Origin: a virus
Taxonomy: Duplodnaviria; Caudoviricetes
Direction: 5' to 3' (one strand)
IMG/VR virus record: IMGVR_UViG_3300006100_000039
Span: 1-32,591 of that record
Length of the DNA: 32,591 bases
The position numbers were made by a program, and so were the translations under genes. The notes beneath the pieces were generated by a model. That model had not been told where the DNA came from, made no database searches, and saw nothing but the letters and a program-made list of their open reading frames with translations. Positions within the stretch are counted from its first letter, which is position 1. Every line of letters starts with the position of its first letter. Below are positions 7,122-14,849 of the stretch, one piece after another.

Positions 7122-7466
7122 TTATGCTGGCTGGTATTCAAGCAGGTACTTAACCTGCTCGTCAGATAGTCCAAGGGTATTGCCCTCGTCATCTGTACCG
7201 CTAGTAAATACTGCGTTGCCTACAATTATGTCAGTCTTGTCGTAAATGTTTTCCCATAGACCTGTGGCTGTTACGTTGAAAGGCAGTCTTTCCAACTTTC
7301 CTTCCTCATTAACCCATAAGTCCAGTTCTCCGAGTGGCACACATTGAACCCACCCTTCGACCGCTTCCTTGATTGTCTCGTAGCAACTCTCGTTGGTAAA
7401 CTCCACGACCTCTTTAAGACCGTTTGTTCTGATGATTACCGCCTTTTGTATTGGCAAGGTTGTCAT
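7122..7466 (-). CDS. DUF3846-family protein
   Basis: AVEGWVQCV…LWVNEEGKL..LP.N..AT…D.IVG.AVF motif. Confidence 0.8.
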   Translation of the reverse strand: MTTLPIQKAVIIRTNGLKEVVEFTNESCYETIKEAVEGWVQCVPLGELDLWVNEEGKLERLPFNVTATGLWENIYDKTDIIVGNAVFTSGTDDEGNTLGLSDEQVKYLLEYQPA

Positions 7467-7587
7467 GTCATTCCTCTCTCTCTCCGCACCGCTTTCGGTA
7501 CATACCCAGTTTATCGTTTTGGTTTAATCGCGCGGGCGCGATGTTGGGCCCCACGCAGTTTTTAACTTTTTTCTGCGTGGAACTTTT

Positions 7588-8460
7588 TTATTTCGTTATT
7601 GCTTTGCCCTCTATGACGAACGTAGCCGCCTTCTGCGCTCTGCCCACTGCCTTAATTAACAGTTTGGGGTCATTCTTTAGTACCTTCAGCCAACTGGCTA
7701 TGTAACTGGCAGAATTGTCTAGTGTCGCCGGGGCAATACCTGTCTCCGAGGATAAGAACGCCGAGGTGAACTCTGCAACTAATTCCTCTTCTGAATACAG
7801 TTCCGAACCGAAGTAGTGGTTTTCAGTAATCCACCCTCTGTCTAGTCTGTCCTTGTGTCCAGTTGAGTGTGCTATTTCGTGGAAGGAAGTTGCGTAGAAG
7901 GCTTCTGCGCTTGTAAAACCCGCCGGGTGTGGCAGGGTGATGGTGTCTGCCTTTGGTGAGTAGAACGCTCTGTCGCCCTTAAAGAATACTGACAGTTTCT
8001 CCCTTTCGTAGTAATCATTCACCAACTTTTGGGCGGTGTCAATAATTTTGACGCTATCCCTGTCCTTTAACTTTTCGTATTCCGGGGCGGTTTCCCACTC
8101 TGCTTGTTCTGCATTGAATACCGTAAAGTATCTAAGGACTACGGCTTTCTTTGTACCGCCCTCATCATCAACGGTGCTGTCTACCTCTCTCCATAGAACT
8201 ACTGCTGTACCCTTTTCGCCCTTGCGTACGTTTCCACCTTGCCCTTTGATTTGAGCGAATGTTCCCCACCAAGGACTTTCGTAACCGGCACTCTCCGCCG
8301 AAAACGACAGTAGCCAATGGTTAATGCCGTTATAGCGTTTCTTGCTACTTAGCGACTTAGGTGCATACCCACTAGATACCCACTCTTTTCGCCAAGGTGC
8401 TGTTCCCTTTTCCAACTGGTCAATAATTGTCTTTGCAACAATGTCATAGGCACTTGCCAT
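7588..8460 (-). CDS. ardC: ArdC-like antirestriction protein (ssDNA-binding N-domain + zincin-like domain)
   Basis: G.APW.K.W, Y.GIN..LL, W.TF.Q….G.VRKGEKG, VFNAEQ, AFYSP..D.I.LP, HEIAHSTGH, Y..EELVAE, SASYIASWL..L..DP. Confidence 0.92.
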   Translation of the reverse strand: MASAYDIVAKTIIDQLEKGTAPWRKEWVSSGYAPKSLSSKKRYNGINHWLLSFSAESAGYESPWWGTFAQIKGQGGNVRKGEKGTAVVLWREVDSTVDDEGGTKKAVVLRYFTVFNAEQAEWETAPEYEKLKDRDSVKIIDTAQKLVNDYYEREKLSVFFKGDRAFYSPKADTITLPHPAGFTSAEAFYATSFHEIAHSTGHKDRLDRGWITENHYFGSELYSEEELVAEFTSAFLSSETGIAPATLDNSASYIASWLKVLKNDPKLLIKAVGRAQKAATFVIEGKAITK

Positions 8461-8618
8461 ACTCTCCCTCTTTCTACCGGCTTAACCGATACCAACAAAC
8501 TAGCATGTTAGTTGGCATCGCGCGTGCGCGATTAATGTGGGTCTAAATGTTTTTTTTAATCGCGCGTACATAAGGCGTAAGCCTCGTAGTTTTTAACTTT
8601 TTTCTTTGTGAAAGATTT

Positions 8619-9227
8619 TTATTCTTTAGAGGCTTCGTAAAGTTCAAGAACTATTTTGTTTGCTTCTATTTGGTCTGCCTTTTTAGGGCAGTCATCAAAC
8701 CAATGTTCGGGGTCTACTTCCCAGTCCTCGAAACAAACACATTCCAACCTACCTCGTTTTACATAGTCAGCGTGGCTATTTGGTATGTCCCAATTTTCAG
8801 TAGAAATACTTGGCTCGCCATCAGGTAGGTAGTTCAACTTAACTTCACCACCCCAACCTTGTTCTTCCTCGAACCACCAGTTAAGAACTAATGAGTTGTC
8901 TACACAATAATCTACAAGCCAGTCCATAACTTTGTCCGGGATACCCCAGGGGGTGTCAAAGTTAAGGTACAGGTCGCCATCTCGGTCAATGCCACTTTCA
9001 CCTTCGGAAGCGTCCCATTTAACACCCCAGTTTTCTATGTTCCACTCATACCAACCATCAACGTATTCCTCTATGTCGGTAGGGCTAATAACGTTGTAAA
9101 ACGTTAATTCACCTTCACCTTTTGTTTTGTCTGCTAAGGGGTGCGGAGAGCATAACTTACGGTACAGCCTCTCTACGTCATTAAGTCCACCGCTTACGGT
9201 CACTTTATTTGTTACCCAGTTCGGCAT
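8619..9227 (-). CDS. DUF1281 / YubB ferredoxin-like domain protein
   Basis: MPNW..N, WYEW…NWGVKWD and F.TPW..P motifs; SD before ATG 9227. Confidence 0.8.
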   Translation of the reverse strand: MPNWVTNKVTVSGGLNDVERLYRKLCSPHPLADKTKGEGELTFYNVISPTDIEEYVDGWYEWNIENWGVKWDASEGESGIDRDGDLYLNFDTPWGIPDKVMDWLVDYCVDNSLVLNWWFEEEQGWGGEVKLNYLPDGEPSISTENWDIPNSHADYVKRGRLECVCFEDWEVDPEHWFDDCPKKADQIEANKIVLELYEASKE

Positions 9228-9336
9228 TTGCTTTCTCCCTTGTTTGCCTACAACCAATCTACACTTCAACCCGGTATCGCGCGGGCGCGATACTATGCCC
9301 AGCCGGATTTTTTAATAATCTCGGCGTGGACATTTT

Positions 9337-9501
9337 TTAATCTTTAGCGTAACCGACTAAGGCAATTCCAAAGTAATCGTCTAGTCCTTCGGAAGTTCCA
9401 CAAGGCGAACAGATTTCCGTCTTGTTGTCCACCCGACCTAGAGCCGGGTGTCCAGTCCAAACTTCTAAACAACGTGGACACTTGAAAGTCTTGACTGTCA
9501 T
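9337..9501 (-). CDS. Small zinc-finger protein (54 aa, CPRC…PALGRVDNKTEICSPCG), not in ORF track
   Basis: Two CxxC pairs; TAATG coupling to 9501..9830; stop lies in a degenerate A-tract box. Confidence 0.75.
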   Translation of the reverse strand: MTVKTFKCPRCLEVWTGHPALGRVDNKTEICSPCGTSEGLDDYFGIALVGYAKD

Positions 9502-9830
9502 TATTCCTCTATTCCATCAAACAAGCCATCAAGCGAACCCTTGTGGCGACTCTCTGCCTCGGCGAACAATGCCTCTCGTTCTTCTTCGGGCAACTCCTCG
9601 ATAGTCTGTGCTACTTCAAGTAACTTGCTCTGAAAGCCTATTGAGTAAGGTGCTAACTTCATCAACAAGTCTCGAAACTCCTCGGCGTGTAATTGCTTTT
9701 CAAGGTCGTTCACATCTTCTTGCCACTCATTATAAAAATACTGTGACACTTGAAAGACCGCAAATGTTATTGCTTCCATCTCTTTCTGATGAAACTGAGG
9801 CCCCTCAACTAGTTCATGATTTTCTGCCAT
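9501..9830 (-). CDS. Acidic hypothetical protein (109 aa)
   Basis: SD, array promoter at 9874-9908, Glu/Asp-rich. Confidence 0.75.
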   Translation of the reverse strand: MAENHELVEGPQFHQKEMEAITFAVFQVSQYFYNEWQEDVNDLEKQLHAEEFRDLLMKLAPYSIGFQSKLLEVAQTIEELPEEEREALFAEAESRHKGSLDGLFDGIEE

Positions 9831-10048
9831 ACTTCTCCCCTTTGTTAGGACACCGGCTTTTCCGGCTACTAAAAATCTACCACATTGATGCTATCGCGCG
9901 CGCGCGATTATTTAAAGAAACTATGTATCGCGCTAGCAGCCCGCAGTTTTTAACTTTTTTCTGTGTGGAACTTTTTTATCTTGCGGACAACCCCCCACCC
10001 TTTTCAGGGTGAGGGGCGAGAAAGGGAATACTCTTTACTGTCCTGACC

Positions 10049-11476
10049 TTACCAGCCTCTCGGTGTCACCGTCTTACCATCTTGACCGCCGAGGTGCTTA
10101 GGCAGTAATGCGCCGACTACACCGATAGCCTTGCTTTTAGCAGTTCTAGGATTACTAAGAACCTTAACCGCTTCACCTAGTGTCGGAACCATTATTACCT
10201 TGTGTCGTTTTACCATCTCGGCACAAGCCTTAGCACCTTCTTGGAATAGTTGGTCACGTTTGTTAGTAACCATTCCATCACACACCCAGATAATCGGCTC
10301 TGAACCTCTGCGCTGACCAATAGCCCAGTCAAGTGCCGGGCCGTCTACACCGTTACCCTGACCCTTTGTTACATTCTTTAGGCTACTGACCCTCTTACCT
10401 CTATCGGCAAGAATAGTCATGTTGTACTTATTCTTTTGACTGTGTGAGTATCCAGCAATTAGAGCCCCGGGTGCTTTTTCTACCATTGTCTCTATGTCAT
10501 CTATGGATAGGCTCATTGAGCCCGATAGGTCAAGCAGTAGAATACCGCCATTGTTGCGTGGCTTCTGACTAAAGATACGCTTCTCCGGGTCGGTCAGTAG
10601 TCGGCTTGGGTAGGCAATACGTTTGCCAGTAGAACTAGCCTTCTTACGCCTAGCCAAGTGACCCTTTACCTGTGTATCTAATTTTATTCCCGAGTGTATT
10701 TTTAATGTTGCCCACCCATCTTTTCCATAGTCAAGCGGTACACCAGTATTTTCCGGTTTGTAGCCCTGATTAGACTTAAAATAACTACTAATTACGTTGG
10801 CTATGTTGTGAGTGAACCGCATGAACCCCCACGAAAGTTGTTCTTTAACTTGGCCTTCATCATCATACTCATAGGTAGTAGGTTCATTTTCCGATAAGTG
10901 CGTAGCGGAATAGCCTCTGGTTTGTCTTAGAATAGCCAGTTCCATCTGTCGTAAGTCTTTAGCCCATTCTTTATTTACCGAACGTACCCCGGCAATAAAG
11001 TTCCTAAATGCCTTACCGCCGATTAAGCCAGCACCAAAGGCTATGGCTTGGTCATAAGCCTTGTCACTACCTTCTCTTGCTAGTCGCTTACCGCTTTCTT
11101 TTTCAGAGCCATCAACTAGGTTGTTAATGTCATAGTCGCCAGTTGCTTTGAGGATAGCGTTAATGCGTATTTCCTCTGCGCTGATAATGGCTTCCGGCTC
11201 TAGGCCTGACCATTCTGCGTACCTTGATAATTGGTCGGGGTCATTGGGCGAAACCTTTGCGTGGACAAGTTCATGGGCTCGTACAGTTCGGGCTGTCTCG
11301 TCATCTGCTAAAGGCACTTTAATCTTGTGGTCAATAAAGTTAGTCCATGCTTCACCTCGTAAGGCTTGACCTTCTTGAACTTCCCATCTCTCGGTGTCAC
11401 CGTCTTTTCTTGAACCATAAACAAGTTCAGGATAAGCAACTGACCTCTCTACTTTATCTTTTTTACTCTGTGCCAT
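10049..11476 (-). CDS. vWA-domain protein with N-terminal HExxH metallopeptidase-like domain (MoxR partner)
   Basis: RAHELVH…EE.RIN; MIDAS DLSGSMS; CDG; adjacent to the MoxR ATPase. Confidence 0.8.
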   Translation of the reverse strand: MAQSKKDKVERSVAYPELVYGSRKDGDTERWEVQEGQALRGEAWTNFIDHKIKVPLADDETARTVRAHELVHAKVSPNDPDQLSRYAEWSGLEPEAIISAEEIRINAILKATGDYDINNLVDGSEKESGKRLAREGSDKAYDQAIAFGAGLIGGKAFRNFIAGVRSVNKEWAKDLRQMELAILRQTRGYSATHLSENEPTTYEYDDEGQVKEQLSWGFMRFTHNIANVISSYFKSNQGYKPENTGVPLDYGKDGWATLKIHSGIKLDTQVKGHLARRKKASSTGKRIAYPSRLLTDPEKRIFSQKPRNNGGILLLDLSGSMSLSIDDIETMVEKAPGALIAGYSHSQKNKYNMTILADRGKRVSSLKNVTKGQGNGVDGPALDWAIGQRRGSEPIIWVCDGMVTNKRDQLFQEGAKACAEMVKRHKVIMVPTLGEAVKVLSNPRTAKSKAIGVVGALLPKHLGGQDGKTVTPRGW

Positions 11477-11627
11477 AATTTTCCCTTTCATTGGCAGTAG
11501 GGGCTTTTCCCTACATCAATAATCTAGCACCGGGGGGGTTATCGCGCGGGCGCGATAATAGCCACAACCGGATTTTTTTAAGAAAAGCGAGGGGGGTGGA
11601 TTTCTCCAACCCCCCTCTAGGGTGAAC

Positions 11628-12359
11628 TTACAAGGTCAAGCGACCAATACGTAGTGCTTCAACAATTCCTTCGGCCTTCTTGCGACCAAAGGTGAGGATA
11701 GCCGAGCGTTCCTCTGACAACCCTGATTGAACAAGTTGCTGATAGGCGTAGAAGCCTCTTAGCGATACTCGGCGTTCAGGTTCGGCAGAAACTACGGACT
11801 CTGCTACTTTACGTAAGTTCTCTGACAGTAGAGACAATGCTTCGGGGTGCGGAGCGTTAATCTCAATAGCAACTGGGAAACGGTCACGAATTGCTACCGG
11901 CAAGTCGTCAGGGTGTTCAATGTTGCTAGTAATTACTGCCGAGAAACCGGGTTGCGGTGTAACGACCTCGCCTGTATCAGGGTTCTGCCAACTAGAACTG
12001 GCGTGGCTATCAAGGAAGTTAAGCAACTGTCCAAGAACATCACCACTAGCCTTGTCACCTTCGTCTACTACCAAGCGACCACCGGCTCGCCAAGCCTGAA
12101 CTGCTACGCCTTCTGCGAATGTCCAGTTGTCGCCGTTAGGCTTCCAAGTACCTGATACGTCTGCCGTAGTCATGTCCTCTGAACACACAAGGCGGTAACT
12201 ACCGCCAGTAATGTTGCCGTAGAACAGACCAGCATAAGTTTTACCAGTACCCGGGGGGCCGTATAGTAATACTCGGTCAATACCTGCGTTGATTACATCA
12301 GAGAAGTCTTGCCAACATTGAGGCAACCTTACTCCGCTATTTGTTAATACATCAGTCAT
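11628..12359 (-). CDS. MoxR-type (AAA_5 / CbbQ-NirQ-like) AAA+ ATPase
   Basis: Walker A GPPGTGKT, Walker B VVDE, sensor TSN, A.RDRF; GAAAGGG SD before ATG 12359. Confidence 0.88.
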   Translation of the reverse strand: MTDVLTNSGVRLPQCWQDFSDVINAGIDRVLLYGPPGTGKTYAGLFYGNITGGSYRLVCSEDMTTADVSGTWKPNGDNWTFAEGVAVQAWRAGGRLVVDEGDKASGDVLGQLLNFLDSHASSSWQNPDTGEVVTPQPGFSAVITSNIEHPDDLPVAIRDRFPVAIEINAPHPEALSLLSENLRKVAESVVSAEPERRVSLRGFYAYQQLVQSGLSEERSAILTFGRKKAEGIVEALRIGRLTL

Positions 12360-12526
12360 ACTTTCACCCTTTCGTGAAGTCGTGTCCGGCTTGTCCGAAC
12401 TCCGACACATCTAAACTACCACCCGGAGTGCTATCGCGCGTGCGCGATAGTATCGTGCTTCGTTTTTTCTAAAAATTATCGCGCGGAGCCCCCGCAGTTT
12501 TTAACTTTTTTCTGCGTGGGTGTTTT

Positions 12527-12808
12527 TTATACTGTAAAACTCCTAAGGTAAACCATCAAGTCATTTGTGATTTCTTGGTCTCTTTCAACTAAGCCTGCTT
12601 CGTCTGGTGTTATCCACTGACCAGAATAGTTGTCGTAAATGTAGCCATCACTAAACTTATTTTCTAAGTCGTCTTGTGCCACTTCATAGCCATTTGCATC
12701 TGAAAACTTTACGAGAAAGTAGTGCTCATACTGTGGACACTTAGGGCAACGACCGGTACAGCAATTACAATAACTTTCGTAAATGTGGTCTGTACAACAT
12801 TTGCCCAT
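12527..12808 (-). CDS. Cys-rich hypothetical protein (93 aa)
   Basis: N-terminal CC..H….C.CC…C..C cluster; TAATG coupling; stop in the A-tract box. Confidence 0.7.
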   Translation of the reverse strand: MGKCCTDHIYESYCNCCTGRCPKCPQYEHYFLVKFSDANGYEVAQDDLENKFSDGYIYDNYSGQWITPDEAGLVERDQEITNDLMVYLRSFTV

Positions 12809-12945
12809 TAGAAGCCTACTAGTGATAGGTACTCCGTAAAAGCGTCTGAAGGCGTTTTCCCAGTTACTTGGTTACCCTTGTCATCAAAGATAGCCCACTC
12901 TCCATGAGCGTTTGCCGTCAATGTAAAGTTCAGTTCAGTTTCCAT
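12808..12945 (-). CDS. Hypothetical protein (45 aa, METELNFTL…)
   Basis: Fills the gap; stop overlaps the next start. Confidence 0.6.
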   Translation of the reverse strand: METELNFTLTANAHGEWAIFDDKGNQVTGKTPSDAFTEYLSLVGF

Positions 12946-13063
12946 TTTCTCTCTCTTCTAGTAATTGCTCAATGGGATTGTTTAAGAACGGATTTCCGGG
13001 TATGTTTCCCCAGACTTCATTCAGAAGTTGCTCCCATGCTTCGTACGTTTTATCCTTGGGCAT
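12935..13063 (-). CDS. Hypothetical protein (42 aa, MPKDKTYEAW…)
   Basis: AGGAG SD; downstream of a TGA-TACAGT -10 at 13100-13108. Confidence 0.55.
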   Translation of the reverse strand: MPKDKTYEAWEQLLNEVWGNIPGNPFLNNPIEQLLEERENGN

Positions 13064-13200
13064 TTCTGCTCCTAACTTTTGTGGCGTTTCCACAACAAAA
13101 CTGTATCACAACGGGCCGCGGCCCAACACATCGCGCGCGCGCGATTTGGGAAACTCCAAAAAAATCTTGGATTATTTCCCTCGCCGCCAACGGCGGCAGA

Positions 13201-13476
13201 CTACTTGATTATTCCCAACTTTCGGGCTTCCTCAACATACTTCAATGTAATGCCCCTAGAACCCAAAGAGACCGACTTCTCGACCTCGTAAAAAGGCGAG
13301 TTAAGTTTCTTGCCATCTATTTGCACACCAAAAACCCAACCCCAAAGACTTTCACCCTTGTCCAGCGTTTCATTTAAGTTCTTAATGTCGTAATCGCTTA
13401 ATGCTTCTAGGTCAAAGACCAACATGTTTTCGGCGTTTCCGTAATTTCCTTCTCTGTCAATGTAGACCAATGCCAC
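13201..13476 (-). CDS. Hypothetical protein (91 aa)
   Basis: AGAAGGAG SD, GTG start, array promoter at 13521-13552. Confidence 0.75.
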   Translation of the reverse strand: MALVYIDREGNYGNAENMLVFDLEALSDYDIKNLNETLDKGESLWGWVFGVQIDGKKLNSPFYEVEKSVSLGSRGITLKYVEEARKLGIIK

Positions 13477-13649
13477 TAGGCACTCCTTCTTGCAAAACTA
13501 GGCTTGTTCCCAGTACTAATACTTTATCACATCACTTTTATCGCGCGCGCATTATTAAAAAAACGAGAACCGCTCTCGGCGGGAAAAGTAGCAGACCCGC
13601 CGAGAACGTGGGGGAAGGTGAACCCCCCAAATCTCTGACCTATTAACCC

Positions 13650-13943
13650 CTACTTATTAGAGGGGCGACCACGTTTGCTACCTGCGCTGGGCTCAAGTAT
13701 GTTACCGACATAGCGGACATAGACCCTGAACTCTCGCTTATCGCCTACCCATACCGTTCGGTATGCTCGCTCGAACTCCTTACCGGAGAAGCGTGGATTG
13801 GCAGTAGTAGGGCGACCATAAGTACCAAGCAGAGCCCACTTTAGGGGATTAGCCCTAAGTTCTTGTTCTACTATGGCAACATACGTTCTCCCATTTCTGG
13901 TTCTGTTTGTTACTGCCTCTGGTTGTTTCCAAGTAACTTTCAT
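13650..13943 (-). CDS. Basic putative DNA-binding protein (97 aa) with C-terminal AT-hook-like KRGRP
   Basis: Arg/Lys-rich; L…P.KWA…FE…R…VYVRYVG pattern seen in actinophage small proteins; first gene of the array. Confidence 0.65.
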   Translation of the reverse strand: MKVTWKQPEAVTNRTRNGRTYVAIVEQELRANPLKWALLGTYGRPTTANPRFSGKEFERAYRTVWVGDKREFRVYVRYVGNILEPSAGSKRGRPSNK

Positions 13944-14540
13944 AGATAGTCACCTTTTCTTTGCTTTACTTCAACGGCACTCGCCGACATAAAAAAGTTA
14001 TCACATGGGTACCATCGCGCGGGCGCGATAATAACACATTCGGGGCTTTCGGGGTTTTTAAGGTTTTTCCCAGACGACCTTATTTATTACGTGCGTGGGG
14101 GGCTCAAAATTGGCATCGCGCGCGCGCGATTACCTGTGCGGTTAGCGGGGAACCCTTCCGGTTTTTGATTATTCTTGTGTGTGAGAAAATTATATTTTGG
14201 ATTTTAAGGAATTGAATCGCGCGTGTATAGGCGTTTATACGGGGATTTCCCTGCGGTTTTTAATTCATTCTTGTGTGTGAGAAAAATATTTTATTCATTA
14301 AGGGCAAAAAAGGTACCATATACGCGCGTAAAGCACCATTTATGGGGGCGTAAGCATGCTCTCCTCACCAAACCCTTGAAATTATAGGCTTTTAATTGTG
14401 ACTAGCGATGCCTATCAGCAAATGCACCGAGCAAACAGAGCACCATAATGGTAATAAGTATAAACATTAGTCAATAAACAGGGCCATAATTGCTATTAAA
14501 AAACATACTACTGTCATTGCCAATGCTTCTCGCAGTAGGT

Positions 14541-14831
14541 TCATTCGTCTTCCCCTTCATCTTCAATAAACATGTAGATTTCGTCTATTCGTTCTTCAAG
14601 TTGACTCATCTCTTGGCGTAGTACATCTTTTGCCATGTTCATACCTTTAGCAACGTCACCCTTCATACCCTGTGCAATCATTAAATCAAGTATGTCATCT
14701 GCTAATCGTTCAACCATAAAGAAACGGTCTTCAAATAGGTCTAGATTGAACTTAAGGGCATCTTGAGGCATGTTTGCTAGCATCTCTAGCCTTTGTAGGG
14801 TGTGTTTGTTTTCGTCGCTTATTTCAAACAC
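14541..14831 (-). CDS. Acidic hypothetical protein (96 aa)
   Basis: GGAG SD, GTG start, operon context. Confidence 0.7.
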   Translation of the reverse strand: MFEISDENKHTLQRLEMLANMPQDALKFNLDLFEDRFFMVERLADDILDLMIAQGMKGDVAKGMNMAKDVLRQEMSQLEERIDEIYMFIEDEGEDE

Positions 14832-14849
14832 TTTTAACTCCGGGTTCCG

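Larger units (their letters stand above)
4059..14295 (-). repeat. Dispersed intergenic repeat family: palindrome ATCGCGCG-N-GCGCGAT plus 34-bp A-tract box
   Basis: Full palindromes start at 4571, 5001, 5575, 6005, 6520, 6923, 7527, 8517, 9276, 9893, 11541, 12433, 13130, 14014 and 14115. Variants at 5045 and 13540. Half-sites at 4059, 6049, 6563, 7062, 8559, 9927, 12478 and 14216. All are intergenic. Confidence 0.95.

Noticed and set aside
6001-7705. Plus-strand ORFs across the array (6001..6270, 6811..7245, 7451..7705; likewise 9608..10012, 12868..13377, 13961..14215)
   Set aside because: They are antisense shadows that translate the repeats (HRACAI, FLTFFCV), lack SDs and overlap better-supported minus-strand genes.
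4571-14130. Palindrome as parS, dif or a rho-independent terminator
   Set aside because: The sequence is unlike parS (TGTTTCACGTGAAACA) or dif. A 2-nt centre and a fixed distance to -10 hexamers favour a dsDNA promoter element.
4059-14295. CRISPR array interpretation of the repeats
   Set aside because: Spacing is irregular (hundreds to over 1500 bp), the intervals hold complete genes, the repeats are composite and degenerate, and no cas genes are present.
4059-14295. Classical integron attC cassette array
   Set aside because: No RYYYAAC…GTTRRRY-bounded long imperfect hairpins and no IntI in the window. The units carry their own promoters, unlike typical integron cassettes.
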